This document shows, piece by piece, positions 10,113 through 21,143 of a stretch of DNA of 64,000 nucleotides. Each line of letters begins with the position of its first letter. Position 1 is the stretch's first letter. The DNA lies in assembly GCA_963555825.3 (NCBI GenBank), contig CAUVXB020000002.1, positions 2,432,001-2,496,000 on the forward strand. The letters are read 5' to 3'. A model generated the notes under the pieces. The model worked only from the letters and a program-made list of their open reading frames with translations, was not told where the DNA came from and made no database searches. The DNA comes from Alphaproteobacteria bacterium. GTDB lineage: Bacteria; Pseudomonadota; Alphaproteobacteria; JAAXGF01. Made by a program: the position numbers and the translations under genes.

Positions 10113-10503
10113 GCGAAACCCTCGATTGCTGATTTCCGACTCTCGTACCTTTAGATTACCGAAGATTGTAGATCAAAGCGTGCTCCTCGTCCATTTTCGA
10201 ACCATGATGTCTCGGGTCGGCGGATGCCGGCGGTTCGCTTACGCGCCATTTTCGACGCGGCCATGGCGCGTCGAGCGGCGGCCACTGCCAACGACCCGGC
10301 GTGCGCGAGGGGCCGATGCTGCAGGAACGAGTCGGCCGACGGCAGATCCGCATTCGGCAAGCTGCGCATCTTTGTCGAGGTCGTCGCGCGCTCCGATGAT
10401 CTTGATAACGTCTTCGGTCACGACGTCGACCGGGGACCCGAATACGCCAGCGCGAACTGCCCGGCGGGGCGCTAGATCGCCCTGCGCGCGGCGCTCACTA
10501 GCG

Positions 10504-12606
10504 TCACGCGCCGCCGCCGTTCTTCTTGTCGGGCGGGACTTGAGCATCGCCATCGTCGCCTTGCTCGCGCTGCGCTTTTTCGAACATGTCGCGCGCCAGC
10601 TGCTGCTCGCGCTCGCGCAGGTCGTCGTCGGTCGTGCGCGGCAGCGGGCGGGGCCGCGCCGCCATCGGCGCCGGCTGGTCGAACTGGACCTCGATGCGGC
10701 AGTCGTCGCACATCTTGATGCGGTCGAGCGCGTCGGGGTCGCCCTGGAACATCGAATGATCGGCGAGCTTCTCGACCGTCCGCTCGATCGAGGCGCGCAC
10801 GCCGAACGGCTTGCCGCAGCGCACGCAGGCGAACGGCTCCTCGTCGTTGAGCACCGCCGCGTCGCGCGCGGCGGCGGTGAAGTTGAAGCGCGGCTCGAGC
10901 GTGATCACCGACTCGGGGCAGGTGTTGCGGCACAACCCGCACTGCACGCAGGCCTCCTCGCGGAAGCTGACCATCGGCCGGTCGGGGTTGTCGCCCAGCG
11001 CGCCGGTCGGGCAGGCGCCGATGCACGATAGGCACAGCGTGCAACCCTCGGTGTCGACCACGACGGCGCCGAACGGCGCGCCTTGCGGCAGCGGCAGGAG
11101 GTCGACCGGCGCCGGCGCGTGGCCGTGCAGATGGGCGAGCGCCATCATGGTGATCGTGCGTTTGCCGCCCATCGGAAGGAAGTTTCCTGCTTCCGGGGGA
11201 TCTATCTGTTCGAGACCGTAAAGCGCGGCGCACAGGGCATCGGGATCGGCGACGTCGATCAGCGCCACGCGGCCGGCGCCGTAGCCGAGCCCGCTCAACG
11301 CCGTCTCGGCGAGTTCGATCTGGCCCTCGAGCGCCGGCAGGTGGTCGCGATTGGCCGGCCCGACGAGGACGCGCAGCGCGGCCGCGCCATAGGCCAGCGC
11401 GGCGGCGAAGACGTCGAAGCCGAGCTGGGTCGCCTGGTTGAGCGCGAAGGGCACGACGCGCGCCGGCAGGCCGCCGCCGTGACGCGCTGCCATGTCGATC
11501 ATCTCGGCGCCGAATTCGGTGTCGTGGAACAGCAGCACGGGCGCCACGCCGCCGGCCTCGCGGTAAACGCCCAACAGCGTACGCAGGCGCTGGAACACCG
11601 CGTCGCCGGCCGGCATCGCATAGCTCGCCGCCCCTGTCGGGCAGACGCTGGCGCAGGAACCGCAGCCGGCGCAGATAAAGGCATCGATCTGGACATGATC
11701 GCCGGCCGAGGTGATCGCCGAGGTCGGGCAGACGTCGAGGCAGCGCGTGCAGCCGGTCTGCGCGCTGCGCGAATGGGCGCAGATCTCGGCGTTGTAATCG
11801 ACGTAGATCGGCTTGTCGAAGATGCCGACCATGCCGACCATGTTGTAGAGCGCCTTTTGGACCAGCGCCGGGTTGCCCGGATCGGGGTTGAAATAACCAT
11901 CGCGCTTGTCGGGTGCCGGAAACAGCGCGGGACCGCCGGTCAGATCGAGGATCAGGTCACAGCGCGAGTTGGCGCCGTTCTGCGCCGGCTCGAAGGCGAG
12001 CGCGTCGCGCGACGACGGCTTGGGCGCGGCATAATCGTCGACCACCAGCTCGAAGGCGCCAAGGTGGCCGCGCGCCGCCGAAATCGTGCCCTTGAACACC
12101 GGCACGTCCATCGAGCGTGGCGGCAGCACCGCCTCTGGGGCGCTCAACAGCACGGTGACGTCGAGCCGCCCGGCGAGCTGCTTGGCCGCCTCGATCGCGG
12201 TCTCGTCGGTGCCATAGACCAGCGCGACGCCTTCCGATTCCATGCTCACCGCCGGCGTCGCGGCGATCTCGAGAGAGGCCTCGGCCAGCAGCGCGGCGAT
12301 CTTCGCCGTGGCGTTCTTGGCCTCGTCCGACCAGCCGGCGGTCTCGCGGATGTTGACGAAGTCGACCGCGGCCCGCGGGTTGCTGTCGTCGGCCACCTCG
12401 GCGAACAGCGGCGCCTCCTGGGTGCAGGCGACGAGCAACGGTTCATCGCCGAGGACGGCGCGCTGGAATTCGCCGAGCTGCTTGCGGCAGAGCTGGGTGT
12501 GGACGGTCGGCGCAGCACCGCCGAGCGCCTTGGCGATGGCCGTGGCGTCGAGCGGCATCGAGCCCTCGCAATCGCAAATCATGAGCGTCTTGATCTTGGT
12601 GTCCAT
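10504..12606 (-). CDS. Multi-[4Fe-4S] protein of FDH clusters
   Basis: Several CxxCxxCxxxCP motifs; NIRETAGWS. Confidence 0.88.
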   Translation of the reverse strand: MDTKIKTLMICDCEGSMPLDATAIAKALGGAAPTVHTQLCRKQLGEFQRAVLGDEPLLVACTQEAPLFAEVADDSNPRAAVDFVNIRETAGWSDEAKNATAKIAALLAEASLEIAATPAVSMESEGVALVYGTDETAIEAAKQLAGRLDVTVLLSAPEAVLPPRSMDVPVFKGTISAARGHLGAFELVVDDYAAPKPSSRDALAFEPAQNGANSRCDLILDLTGGPALFPAPDKRDGYFNPDPGNPALVQKALYNMVGMVGIFDKPIYVDYNAEICAHSRSAQTGCTRCLDVCPTSAITSAGDHVQIDAFICAGCGSCASVCPTGAASYAMPAGDAVFQRLRTLLGVYREAGGVAPVLLFHDTEFGAEMIDMAARHGGGLPARVVPFALNQATQLGFDVFAAALAYGAAALRVLVGPANRDHLPALEGQIELAETALSGLGYGAGRVALIDVADPDALCAALYGLEQIDPPEAGNFLPMGGKRTITMMALAHLHGHAPAPVDLLPLPQGAPFGAVVVDTEGCTLCLSCIGACPTGALGDNPDRPMVSFREEACVQCGLCRNTCPESVITLEPRFNFTAAARDAAVLNDEEPFACVRCGKPFGVRASIERTVEKLADHSMFQGDPDALDRIKMCDDCRIEVQFDQPAPMAARPRPLPRTTDDDLREREQQLARDMFEKAQREQGDDGDAQVPPDKKNGGGA

Positions 12607-12818
12607 GGCTTCCTTCGCCCCCCTGGGACCGCGCGGACCGGCCGACGCGGCCCCCGCTTATAGCCGCTGAGCGGTTCGTTATCGACCGGGAATCGCCCCC
12701 CCGCCGCCGCGGCCCGGCTGTTACCCCTTGTCCCCAGCGATCTTATGGGCGATATTTGGGGCAAGGCGTGCTAAGGACAAGCGTCGTGGAGGACGAAACA
12801 ATTACCGCGCACACCGAA

Positions 12819-13808
12819 ATGATTGATCCGTTCGGCCGGCCGATTTCCTATCTCAGGGTTTCGGTGACCGACCGTTGCGACTTCCGCTGCGTCTACTGCA
12901 TGTCCGAGGACATGACCTTCCTGCCCAAGGCCGACCTGCTGACGCTCGAGGAACTCGACCGGCTGTGCAGCGCCTTCATCGGCCTCGGCGTGCGCAAGAT
13001 CCGGCTGACCGGCGGCGAGCCGCTGGTGCGGCGCAACCTGATGTGGCTCGTCGAGAGCCTGGGGCGCCACCTCGAGAGCGGCGCGCTCGACGAGCTGACG
13101 CTGACCACCAACGGCAGCCAACTGGCGCGCTTCGCCGACCAACTCTATGGCGCTGGCGTGCGCCGCGTGAACGTCTCGCTCGATACGCTGGATGCCGACA
13201 AGTTCCGCGCCATCACCCGCTGGGGCCGCTTCGATCAGGTCATGGGCGGCATCGCCGCGGGCCAGGCCGCCGGCCTCAAAATCAAGATCAACACGGTCGC
13301 GCTCAAGGGCGTCAACGAGGACGAACTCGACACCCTGGTTTCGTGGTGCGGCGCCGAGGGTCACGACCTGACGCTGATCGAGACCATGCCGATGGGCGAC
13401 ATCGATGGCGACCGGACCGAACAGTACCTGCCGCTCTCGGTGGTCCGCGCGCGCCTGCAGGAACGCTGGACGCTGACCGACATCGATTACAAAACCGGCG
13501 GCCCGGCGCGCTACACGGCGGTCGGCGAGACCGGCCAGCGGCTCGGCTTCATCACGCCGCTGACCCATAATTTCTGCGAATCGTGCAACCGCGTGCGGCT
13601 GACCTGCACCGGCATGCTCTACATGTGCCTTGGCCAGGACGACTCGGCCGACCTGCGCGCGCCGCTGCGCGCCAGCGAATCGGACGACGCGCTGATCGAC
13701 GCCATCCACGAGGCGATCGGCCGCAAACCCAAGGGCCACGACTTCATCATCGACCGCCGCCACGACCGCCCCGCCGTCGCGCGCCACATGAGCGTCACCG
13801 GCGGCTGA
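12819..13808 (+). CDS. moaA: GTP 3',8-cyclase (molybdopterin biosynthesis)
   Basis: [29 protein letters not shown]-terminal GG. Confidence 0.96.
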   Translation: MIDPFGRPISYLRVSVTDRCDFRCVYCMSEDMTFLPKADLLTLEELDRLCSAFIGLGVRKIRLTGGEPLVRRNLMWLVESLGRHLESGALDELTLTTNGSQLARFADQLYGAGVRRVNVSLDTLDADKFRAITRWGRFDQVMGGIAAGQAAGLKIKINTVALKGVNEDELDTLVSWCGAEGHDLTLIETMPMGDIDGDRTEQYLPLSVVRARLQERWTLTDIDYKTGGPARYTAVGETGQRLGFITPLTHNFCESCNRVRLTCTGMLYMCLGQDDSADLRAPLRASESDDALIDAIHEAIGRKPKGHDFIIDRRHDRPAVARHMSVTGG

Positions 13809-13949
13809 ACGACGGGCGCGCGGCGCCATGTATATCCGCTACATCACCTACGGCGGCAGATAGACGCGGACGATCGGCCCGCGACCCTCTGGGCGCGATG
13901 GCGCGCAACTGTTATATCTGCGCCGGACATCGGCGAAGGAGTGCCTGCG

Positions 13950-14568
13950 ATGCCACGCGCGACAGCCCGCGTCGACGACGCCGCGACGATCACCGGGGCA
14001 GTGCTCGAATTCTGGTTCGAGCGCGATATCGCGCCCGGCTATTGCGAGGTCCGGCCGGTGTGGTTCGAGAGCACGCCGGAATTCGACGCCGAGATCGCCG
14101 AGCAATTCGTGTCGACCTTACGAGCAGGCAGCGGCCGGCGCGCTCGATTACATGGCCGGCGCGGCCGAGAGCTGCCTCGCGCTGACCATCGTGCTCGATC
14201 AGTTCCCGCGCTGCATGTTCCGCGGCGACGCGCGGACCTACGCGACCGACGACAAGGTGCTGGCGCTCGCCAAACGGGCCATCGCGTGCGGCTTCGATGC
14301 GGCGCTGACGCCGCTGCAACGCTGGTTCCTCTACATGCCGTTCCAGCACGTCGAGGACCGTGCCGACCAACGCCGCTCGGTCGAATTGTTCGAGAGCCTG
14401 GGCGCCGACGCGGTGCACCGCTTCGTCATCGGCGCGGCGCGCAGCCACCGCGACGTCGTCGAGCGTTTCGGGCGCTTTCCGCATCGCAATGATATTCTGG
14501 GCCGCGTAACGACCGCTGAGGAGGCGGCGTTCCTGACCAGTCCGGGGGGGCGTTTTTGGCTCGCATGA
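13950..14568 (+). pseudogene. DUF924 family protein, frameshifted near 14118
   Basis: VLEFWF..WF..FDAEI in one frame; LDQFPR, YMPFQH, RFGRFPHRN in another. Confidence 0.8.
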
Positions 14569-15412
14569 CCGAGGTTGACACGACGACGCGGCGCAAGGAC
14601 TGGGAAAGGTCGGCCACCGCCTGGGACGCCTGGTTCGACGTCATCGAACGCGCCACCCAACCGGTCAGCCAGCGCATGGTTGAGATGGCAGGCATCGGCC
14701 CCGGCAGTCGGGTGCTCGACTCGCCACCGGGACCGGCGAGCCGGCGGTGACCGCGGCGCGCCGGATCGCGCCCGACGGCCACGTCGTCGCGACCGACATC
14801 AGCCCGTCGATGATCGCCGGCGCCGAACGGCGTGCCGAGAATCTTGGCGTCGCCAACATCACCTTCCGCGCCGTCGCCGCCGAGGCGCTCGACGAACCGC
14901 CGGCGAGCTTCGATGCGGCGCTATGCCGCTGGGGCCTGATGTTTATGCCCGACATCGACGGCGCGCTCCGGCACATGAAAGACCTGATCCGCGACGGCGG
15001 CCGGTTCGTCGCCGCGGCCTGGGCCGAGCCATCGGACGTTCCCGCACTGAGCATCGATCGCCGCGTGCTTGTACCCTATTTCGACGGCGGCCACTTCGCC
15101 CATGGCTTTGACTACTTGAACGCGTTCCGTTTCGCCACGCCGGGCCTGCTCGAAGAGGTTCTTGCGGCCGCTGGATTCGGCGACGTCGCCTGCGAGCGCG
15201 TCACCGTTGTCTACGAGTTTCCGTCGGCAGCCGATTTCGTCCGCTTCCGGCGTGAAGTCTCAAGGATCGGCGCCGACATGGCCGAACGTCACCCGGCAGT
15301 CGTGGTCGAGGCAGCCTGGGACGCCGTGGCGGAAGCCGCCAGAGCGTACGCCGACACCGAGGGACGCATCCGAATGGAGAACGCGGCCCTTTGCGCTGTT
15401 GGCAGTCGCTGA
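14565..15412 (+). pseudogene. Class I SAM methyltransferase, frameshifted near 14720
   Basis: VLD|(L)ATGTGEP motif I is broken by a 1-nt deletion; FDAALCRWGLMF downstream. Confidence 0.8.
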
Positions 15413-15449
15413 GAGTGCCATCCCAAGCACCAAGGGAGGTCACACACCG

Positions 15450-16199
15450 ATGAGTGAATTCGAGGGCAGGACGGCGGTCATCACGGGCGCGAGCCGCGGC
15501 ATCGGCCGCGACATCGCGCTCGGCCTGGGCGCGGCGGGCGCCAATGTCGTGGTCAATTATGTGGCGTCCGGCGAGGCTGCGGCGGCGGTCGCCGATGAAA
15601 TCCACGCGGCGGGCGGAGACGCGATCCCGTACCAGGCCGACGTCTCGCAATTCGCCGACGTCGCGCGCATGATGGCCGCCGCGCTGGACGCCTTCGGCAG
15701 GATCGACATCCTGGTCAACAACGCCGGCATCAACGCGGACGGACCGCTGCTCGAGCTCGCCGAGGCCGACTGGGACGCCGTCGTCGGCGTCAATCTCAAG
15801 GGCGCCTTCCTCTGCACCCAAGCCGCCGGCCGCGCGATGACCGCGGCCGGGCGCGGCCACATCGTCAACATCTCGGCGTTCACCGGGATCGATGCGCGCC
15901 AGGGCGCCGCCAACTACTGCGTCTCGAAGGCGGGCCTCAACATGCTGACCCGATGCGCGGCGCTCGAGCTCGCGCCCGCCGTTCGCGTCAACGGCCTGGC
16001 GCTCGGCTTCATCCGCAGCACGCTCGTCGAGGACGTGTTCAGCGCGAAACAGATCGCCGCCGTCGTCGACCAGACGCCGCTGGCGCGCTTGGGCGAATTC
16101 GAGGAGGTAACCGCGGCCGTCAAGTTCCTCGCCTCCGACGCATCGTCGTTCATCACCGGCCAGACGATCGTCATCGACGGCGGCCGGATCATGCGCTAG
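15450..16199 (+). CDS. SDR oxidoreductase (FabG-like)
   Basis: TGASRGIG, NNAG, YCVSK. Confidence 0.92.
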   Translation: MSEFEGRTAVITGASRGIGRDIALGLGAAGANVVVNYVASGEAAAAVADEIHAAGGDAIPYQADVSQFADVARMMAAALDAFGRIDILVNNAGINADGPLLELAEADWDAVVGVNLKGAFLCTQAAGRAMTAAGRGHIVNISAFTGIDARQGAANYCVSKAGLNMLTRCAALELAPAVRVNGLALGFIRSTLVEDVFSAKQIAAVVDQTPLARLGEFEEVTAAVKFLASDASSFITGQTIVIDGGRIMR

Positions 16200-16226
16200 C
16201 CCGGCCTAACAGGAACGGATGGAACC

Positions 16227-17231
16227 ATGACGACCGACCAACAGGCGGCGCCGAGCCGCGCGCCGATCGACCGGCACCTGAACGCCATGTACCCGGCAGT
16301 GGCGATGCTGGCGACGGTTCGGCTCGACGTCTTCACGCCGCTCGCCGACGGCCCGATGGACGCCGATCGGCTCGGCCGGGCGCTCGATCTCGGGGCCGAC
16401 AAGCTCTAACCGTTGCTCTACGCGCTGGTCATCGCCGAGCTGCTCACCGTCGCGGACGGCCGGTTCGCCAACACGGCGGCCGCCGATCATTATCTGGTGC
16501 GCGGCCGACCGGGCTATATCGGCGGCGGCCGGCGATTGCAGACCGACATCTGGCACACCGACCTCCGCACCGCCGAGACGATCCTGAGCGGCGCGCCCAA
16601 CGCCAGACTCGACTTTGCCGGCGTATCCGAGGCCGAACTGATGGACTTCTTCCGCGCCGAGCACGGCGGCGCGTTGGCCGAGGGCCGCGCGCTCGCCGAG
16701 GCGCTCGATCTCTGCCGGCACGACCGCCTGCTCGACGTTGCCGGTGGCTCGGGCGGGCTCGCGATCGGCGCCTGCGAGGCCTGCCCAAGTTTGCGCGCGA
16801 CCGTCGCCGACCTGCCTGCCGTCGTGCCGCTGACGCGGCGTTTCATTGCCGAGGCCGGCCTGGCCGAGCGGATCGACGCGCACGCCACCGACCTAATCGC
16901 GGATCCACCGGACGGCAGCTACGACATCGCCGTGCTGCGCAACTTCATCCAGGTCATTTCGCGCGACCAGGCGCGCCGGGCGTTGCGTCACATCGGCCAG
17001 GCGCTGGCGCCGGGCGGCGAAATCTGCATCGCGGGCTGGGTGCTCGACGATTCGGGCCTCGCGCCGCTCGAGATCGCGACCTCGAACTACGCCTTCCTCA
17101 ACGTCTACGACGAGGGCCGCGCCTATACCGAGGCCGAGCACCGCGACTGGCTCGCCGCGGCCGGATTCACCGACGTCGAACGCCACCTCGTCGCCGGCGG
17201 CAAGAGCCTGGTGACCGCGCGCAAGGCGTGA
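16227..17231 (+). pseudogene. O-methyltransferase family 2 with in-frame TAA at 16407-16409
   Basis: Dimerisation domain continues in frame into LLDVAGGSG, DLPAV. Confidence 0.8.
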
Positions 17232-17249
17232 GCCAGATCGGCGACCGCT

Positions 17250-17271
17250 GGTCGTGTCTCAGTTTGAAATT
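17250..17271. repeat. Left terminal inverted repeat of accessory module (pairs with 21080-21101)
   Basis: ggtcgtgtctcagtttgaaatt; its reverse complement matches aatttcaaaccgaggcactatc at 18/22. Confidence 0.7.
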
Positions 17272-17310
17272 CAGTCGAAACAACGCCCGGAACGTCGGCT
17301 GTTCAGCGGA

Positions 17311-17386
17311 TCATGTCTGCGTTGCACGCGACAGCAGACCTTGGCGCGCGGTCATCGGCACAGCCGCTTTTGACCCGGAGCGGACT
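17311..17386 (+). repeat. Hairpin array type L
   Basis: atgtctgc..gcagac and ccgcttttgacccggagcgg stems; homologous to 50014-50088. Confidence 0.8.
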
Positions 17387-17697
17387 TTCATGGTGTTGGA
17401 CGCCAAGTCGATGCCATCAAACAAATTTCGAGCACGATGGGGAGTTTTTCCGTCACCTGCTGGTGTTGTCATCGATCGCCTCTCGCTCTATCATCGTCGG
17501 TAACCAGGAGGAATCATTCCGACTATCCTGGATAAATTTCCGCGTCGGGATAGGTCAGAGCATCGACCAGATTTTCCGAGTGGGCAATCAATTCCGTTGT
17601 GGACAGTGTGTATCGTCCCGGACCTTTGGGCTCGGCCCGCCGGTGGTGTGCTGGTGGCCGCCGGTGTGACTGGCATCGGCTAACGTAGGGGGCTCAC

Positions 17698-18267
17698 ATG
17701 AACAAGCTTTTGACCATGATTTCCGCCGTGGCGCTACTCACGGCCATCGCGGGTTCGGCATACGCCGACCAACATGAAAAGACCGTTTTCATCACGAGTT
17801 CGACCTTCAAGGGCAACCTAGGCGGGCTCGCGGGAGCCGACGACAAGTGCCAGGCGGAGGCGGACGGCCCGGCATCAATCGTTCCTTCCGGCACTTACTT
17901 GGCTTGGCTATCCGATGGAACCGACAGCCCCGATACCCGCTTCACCAAGTCTGCCCATCCTTACATGCTGCCCGATGGAACGAAGATCGCCGAAAATTAT
18001 ACCGATCTAACGGACGTATCCATCCTACACGCAATCACCATCGACTCCACCGGCAAAGCCCTCGGGCAACAACCGTTCTGGACGGGCACAAAGGCCGATG
18101 GCACAACCGCGCCACTATCCGTGACATGCACCGGGTGGAAGGACCCTTTACCTTATCATCATGGAATGCACGGGCAGACAAATAGGACGAACTCATCCTG
18201 GTCCACAATGCACTCTAACGATTCGTGCCGCAACAGATCCGCCCCTTTACTGTGCTTCCAGCAATAA
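17698..18267 (+). CDS. Secreted DUF1554/endostatin-like (C-type lectin fold) protein
   Basis: Signal peptide; VFITS..F.GNLGGLAGADDKCQ, YLAWLS, WTGT, terminal LLCFQQ. Confidence 0.7.
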   Translation: MNKLLTMISAVALLTAIAGSAYADQHEKTVFITSSTFKGNLGGLAGADDKCQAEADGPASIVPSGTYLAWLSDGTDSPDTRFTKSAHPYMLPDGTKIAENYTDLTDVSILHAITIDSTGKALGQQPFWTGTKADGTTAPLSVTCTGWKDPLPYHHGMHGQTNRTNSSWSTMHSNDSCRNRSAPLLCFQQ

Positions 18268-18688
18268 GGGACGGTCGCTTCCGGGATTTTTCCATACGCA
18301 GTGAGCCCGGCACCTCGTTGACCGCCTTGACCGCTTTCCTCAGCCGTCAGCGCGTCGACGCGAGCGCCAGGATGTCGTCCATGAATCTGTTGTAGAACAG
18401 GCCGGACCTCGCCATCCGCTGACACCGCGCTAACTTCTCCTATTGGCTATGTGTGGACGGCCCCGATTTGGCAAGGGTTGTTTTGACGGTCATGCAAGTT
18501 GGTCGGGTGCGGCTATGTGTTCGGCCCGTTTGCGCGATACGACGATCGCTGGCCCTAATGCGATCCGCGGATCGGGTCCCAGTTATAAGCACGAGCTCAG
18601 TGGCTCCGTAGCCAAGACGGGTTTCTCCGATCCCCGGTGTTCGACCGGTCTTGCATTACCTCACGATCACCCTGCCAAAAGGGTTTAA

Positions 18689-19863
18689 TACCAGTGAGCC
18701 TATGAAATCGCCTTCATGATCCATGGATAGGCGCAGAGGGTTCGCATACGATCCGGTTCTGCGATGAGGTCGATCCATGCTTGGCAACAGGCGTCGATGA
18801 TGGCCTCGGTGTCGTCGAGGACGCGGAGCGATAGGAAGCGTTCGCGTAGGTAGAGCCAAACCCGCTCGACGGGGTTGAGTTCGGGACTGTAAGGCGGCAA
18901 CAGCGCCAAGGTGACGTTGTCGGGGACGGTGAGGGCGCGCTCGTCGTGCCAACCGGCGCCGTCGCACATCATGACGGCGTGCGCATCCTGGTCCAGGGTA
19001 TCGGCGAAGTGTGCGAGAAACAGGTCCATGACCTTGGCGTTGACGCTCGGCATCACCAGGGTGACGTCGTCGCCGGTGTCCGGGCGCACGGCGGAGAAGA
19101 TGTAGGCCCACTGGTAGCCGATTTGACGCGTCCCGGGGGCACGCTCGCCCCTGCGCCACCACCGGTGACACACCCGGCCCTTGTTGCCGACGCGCGCTTC
19201 ATCCTGAAACCACAGCTGTAGGCGCTTGTCGGGATGCGCCGCGGCGGTCGCCTTCAGGATGTCGCGAAGCCCCCTTTTTTGAAGCGCTCCTGCGCTTCGG
19301 CGTCCCTTCGCGGGTGGCTCGGGCGCGCCTTCTGGCGGGAAAATCCCATCCGCCGTAGAACCCGGGTCATGCTCGAGGGGTGGTAGGTCTTGGCGAAGCG
19401 CTCCTCCAGCCAGCGGCACAGATCGGCCCGGGTCCAGGCGCAAACCCCGTCGCGCTCAGGCTCCGGCCCGGCGATGATGACCGCCGCCAGCGCCGCTTCC
19501 TCGTCTGCCGTCAGCCGCCGCGGCGAGTAGCCCTTTGGACGGTCGTGAAGCCCCTCCAATCCCTTTGCATTGTAACGAACAACCGCGTCGCGAAGCGTTT
19601 GGCGATCCATCCCCGCAAGCCGCGCGGCATCAGCCCGGGGCATCTCCTCCAAAGCATTCGCGATCCCATAGGCCCGCGCCGCCGCTCGACCGTACGATTC
19701 CACGCGAGCCCAGCGCCGAAGCTCCAAAGGCGTCAAATCATCCCGTATCTTGAGTGCTGATCCCATGACATCCCCCACATCTGGTGGGAGACCATAGAAT
19801 CACAATCCGCCATCATCCGCCATCAATGAATATCCCGAGAGTCAATTCAGGCGCTCACTGGTA
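18689..19863 (-). mobile_element. IS630-family element, copy 1
   Basis: TIRs taccagtgagc/gctcactggta; flanked by TAA direct repeat. Confidence 0.92.
18700..19766 (-). CDS. IS630 transposase (orfA HTH + orfB DDE, programmed -1 frameshift)
   Basis: AAAAAAG slippery site at about 19274-19280; WFQDEAR, CDGAGWH, LPPYSPELNPVE. Confidence 0.9.
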
Positions 19864-19876
19864 TAAGACGTCTGCC

Positions 19877-20908
19877 TCAAGCGGCGGTGACCGCTGGCTG
19901 ACGGTAGGTTCCACCATTGGCGAGCAGCGCCCAGGCGGTTCGTGCGTTCTTGTTGGCCAGCGCCACGGCGGCGAGCTTGGTCGGTTTGCGCGCCACGAGA
20001 TCGCCCAGCCAAGGCCGTTTGGCGAAGTTCGTTCTTCGCCCGTGGCGTATCACCGTCATGGCGCCGGCGACGAGCAGCCATCGCAGGTAGTGGTCGCCCG
20101 CCTTTGAGATGCGCCCGAGCCGCTGCTTGCCGCCGGTCGATATCTGTCTGGGCACCAGACCGATCCAAGCCGCCAGTTCACGCCCCGATCTGAACACCGA
20201 AGGGTCGGCGATCGAGGCCGCCAGCGCACTCGCCGTGAGCGGTCCGATGCCGGGAATGGTCGCCAGACGTTGGCTGACCTGGTTCGCCCGATGCCAGGCA
20301 TGAATGCGCTGCTCGGTGATGGTGATCTCGCGCTCCAGCGACAGCAACTGCCGCGCCAGTCCTTCCAGGCATGTTCGTGCCAATGGCGGGATGCGTTCAT
20401 CGCCCTCATCAGCGATGACCGCGAGGAGTTCCTTCACCTGCGGCAGCCCGACCCGGGCGACGACCCCGAACTCCGCCATGTGCGCGCGGATCGCGTTGAC
20501 CAGCATGGTCCGCTGCCGAACCAGGAGTTCGCGCGTCCGGTGGTCCATCAACACGCTCTGCTGCGCGGCCGTCTTGACCGCCACGAAACGCATCGATGGC
20601 CGCGTTACCGCTTCGCAGATCGCTTCGGCATCCGCCGCGTCGTTCTTGTTGCGCTTGACGTAGGGCTTCACGTAAGCCGCCGGCATGATGCGCACCTCAT
20701 GGCCAAGCGCCCCGAGTTCCCGCGCCCAATGGTGCGACGTCGCGCAGGCCTCGATACCGACCAGACAAGCCGGCTGCTTGCTGAAGAACGGCACAACCTG
20801 GCGGCGCCTCAGTTGCCGGCGGATCACGGTCTCGCCTGAGACATCGACCCCGTGAACCTGGAAAACGTTCTTCGCAAGATCAAGTCCGATCGTGTTAACC
20901 TCGGTCAT
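19877..20908 (-). CDS. IS110/IS1111 transposase (DEDD recombinase)
   Basis: IGLDLAK, GIEAC, KNDAADA, IPGIG, STGGKQRLGRISK. Confidence 0.95.
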   Translation of the reverse strand: MTEVNTIGLDLAKNVFQVHGVDVSGETVIRRQLRRRQVVPFFSKQPACLVGIEACATSHHWARELGALGHEVRIMPAAYVKPYVKRNKNDAADAEAICEAVTRPSMRFVAVKTAAQQSVLMDHRTRELLVRQRTMLVNAIRAHMAEFGVVARVGLPQVKELLAVIADEGDERIPPLARTCLEGLARQLLSLEREITITEQRIHAWHRANQVSQRLATIPGIGPLTASALAASIADPSVFRSGRELAAWIGLVPRQISTGGKQRLGRISKAGDHYLRWLLVAGAMTVIRHGRRTNFAKRPWLGDLVARKPTKLAAVALANKNARTAWALLANGGTYRQPAVTAA

Positions 20909-20989
20909 AGGACGGCTCCTTTGTAAGTGATCAGCCAACAGCTACCACTTCTGGCACCTAGATGCCGCGTGGGGCCGTCCACCCCATTA

Positions 20990-21101
20990 CACCTGGACTC
21001 GATGGCTGCACCGGAACGATGACCGCTTTCGGACGATCGGCCGACATACCAGTCCGCTTCGTGCTTTCGAGCCACGTCAAATTTCAAACCGAGGCACTAT
21101 C
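20990..21101 (+). repeat. Hairpin array type R (second part; first part 18433-18449) plus right terminal IR
   Basis: The rebuilt site aligns without gaps to 52156-52247; the tail gtgctttcgagccacgtc matches about 53709-53727. Confidence 0.85.
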
Positions 21102-21143
21102 CGCGCGCTTGGCCTGGCGGCGATTTCGCGCCATATTGGCGTC

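Larger units (their letters stand above)
18450..20989 (-). mobile_element. IS110-family element, IS1111 subgroup (interrupted by IS630)
   Basis: Sub-terminal IRs gtggacggcccc (18453-18464) / ggggccgtccac (20971-20982) lie 3 and 7 nt from the ends deduced by rebuilding the target; long non-coding region downstream of the transposase. Confidence 0.85.

Noticed and set aside
16407-16409. Recoded stop (Sec/Pyl) in the O-methyltransferase
   Set aside because: The codon is TAA, which is not recoded; a nonsense mutation or sequencing error is more likely.
17390-17690. Possible cargo ORF after the L array
   Set aside because: No frame gives a recognisable protein with a plausible start; probably debris.
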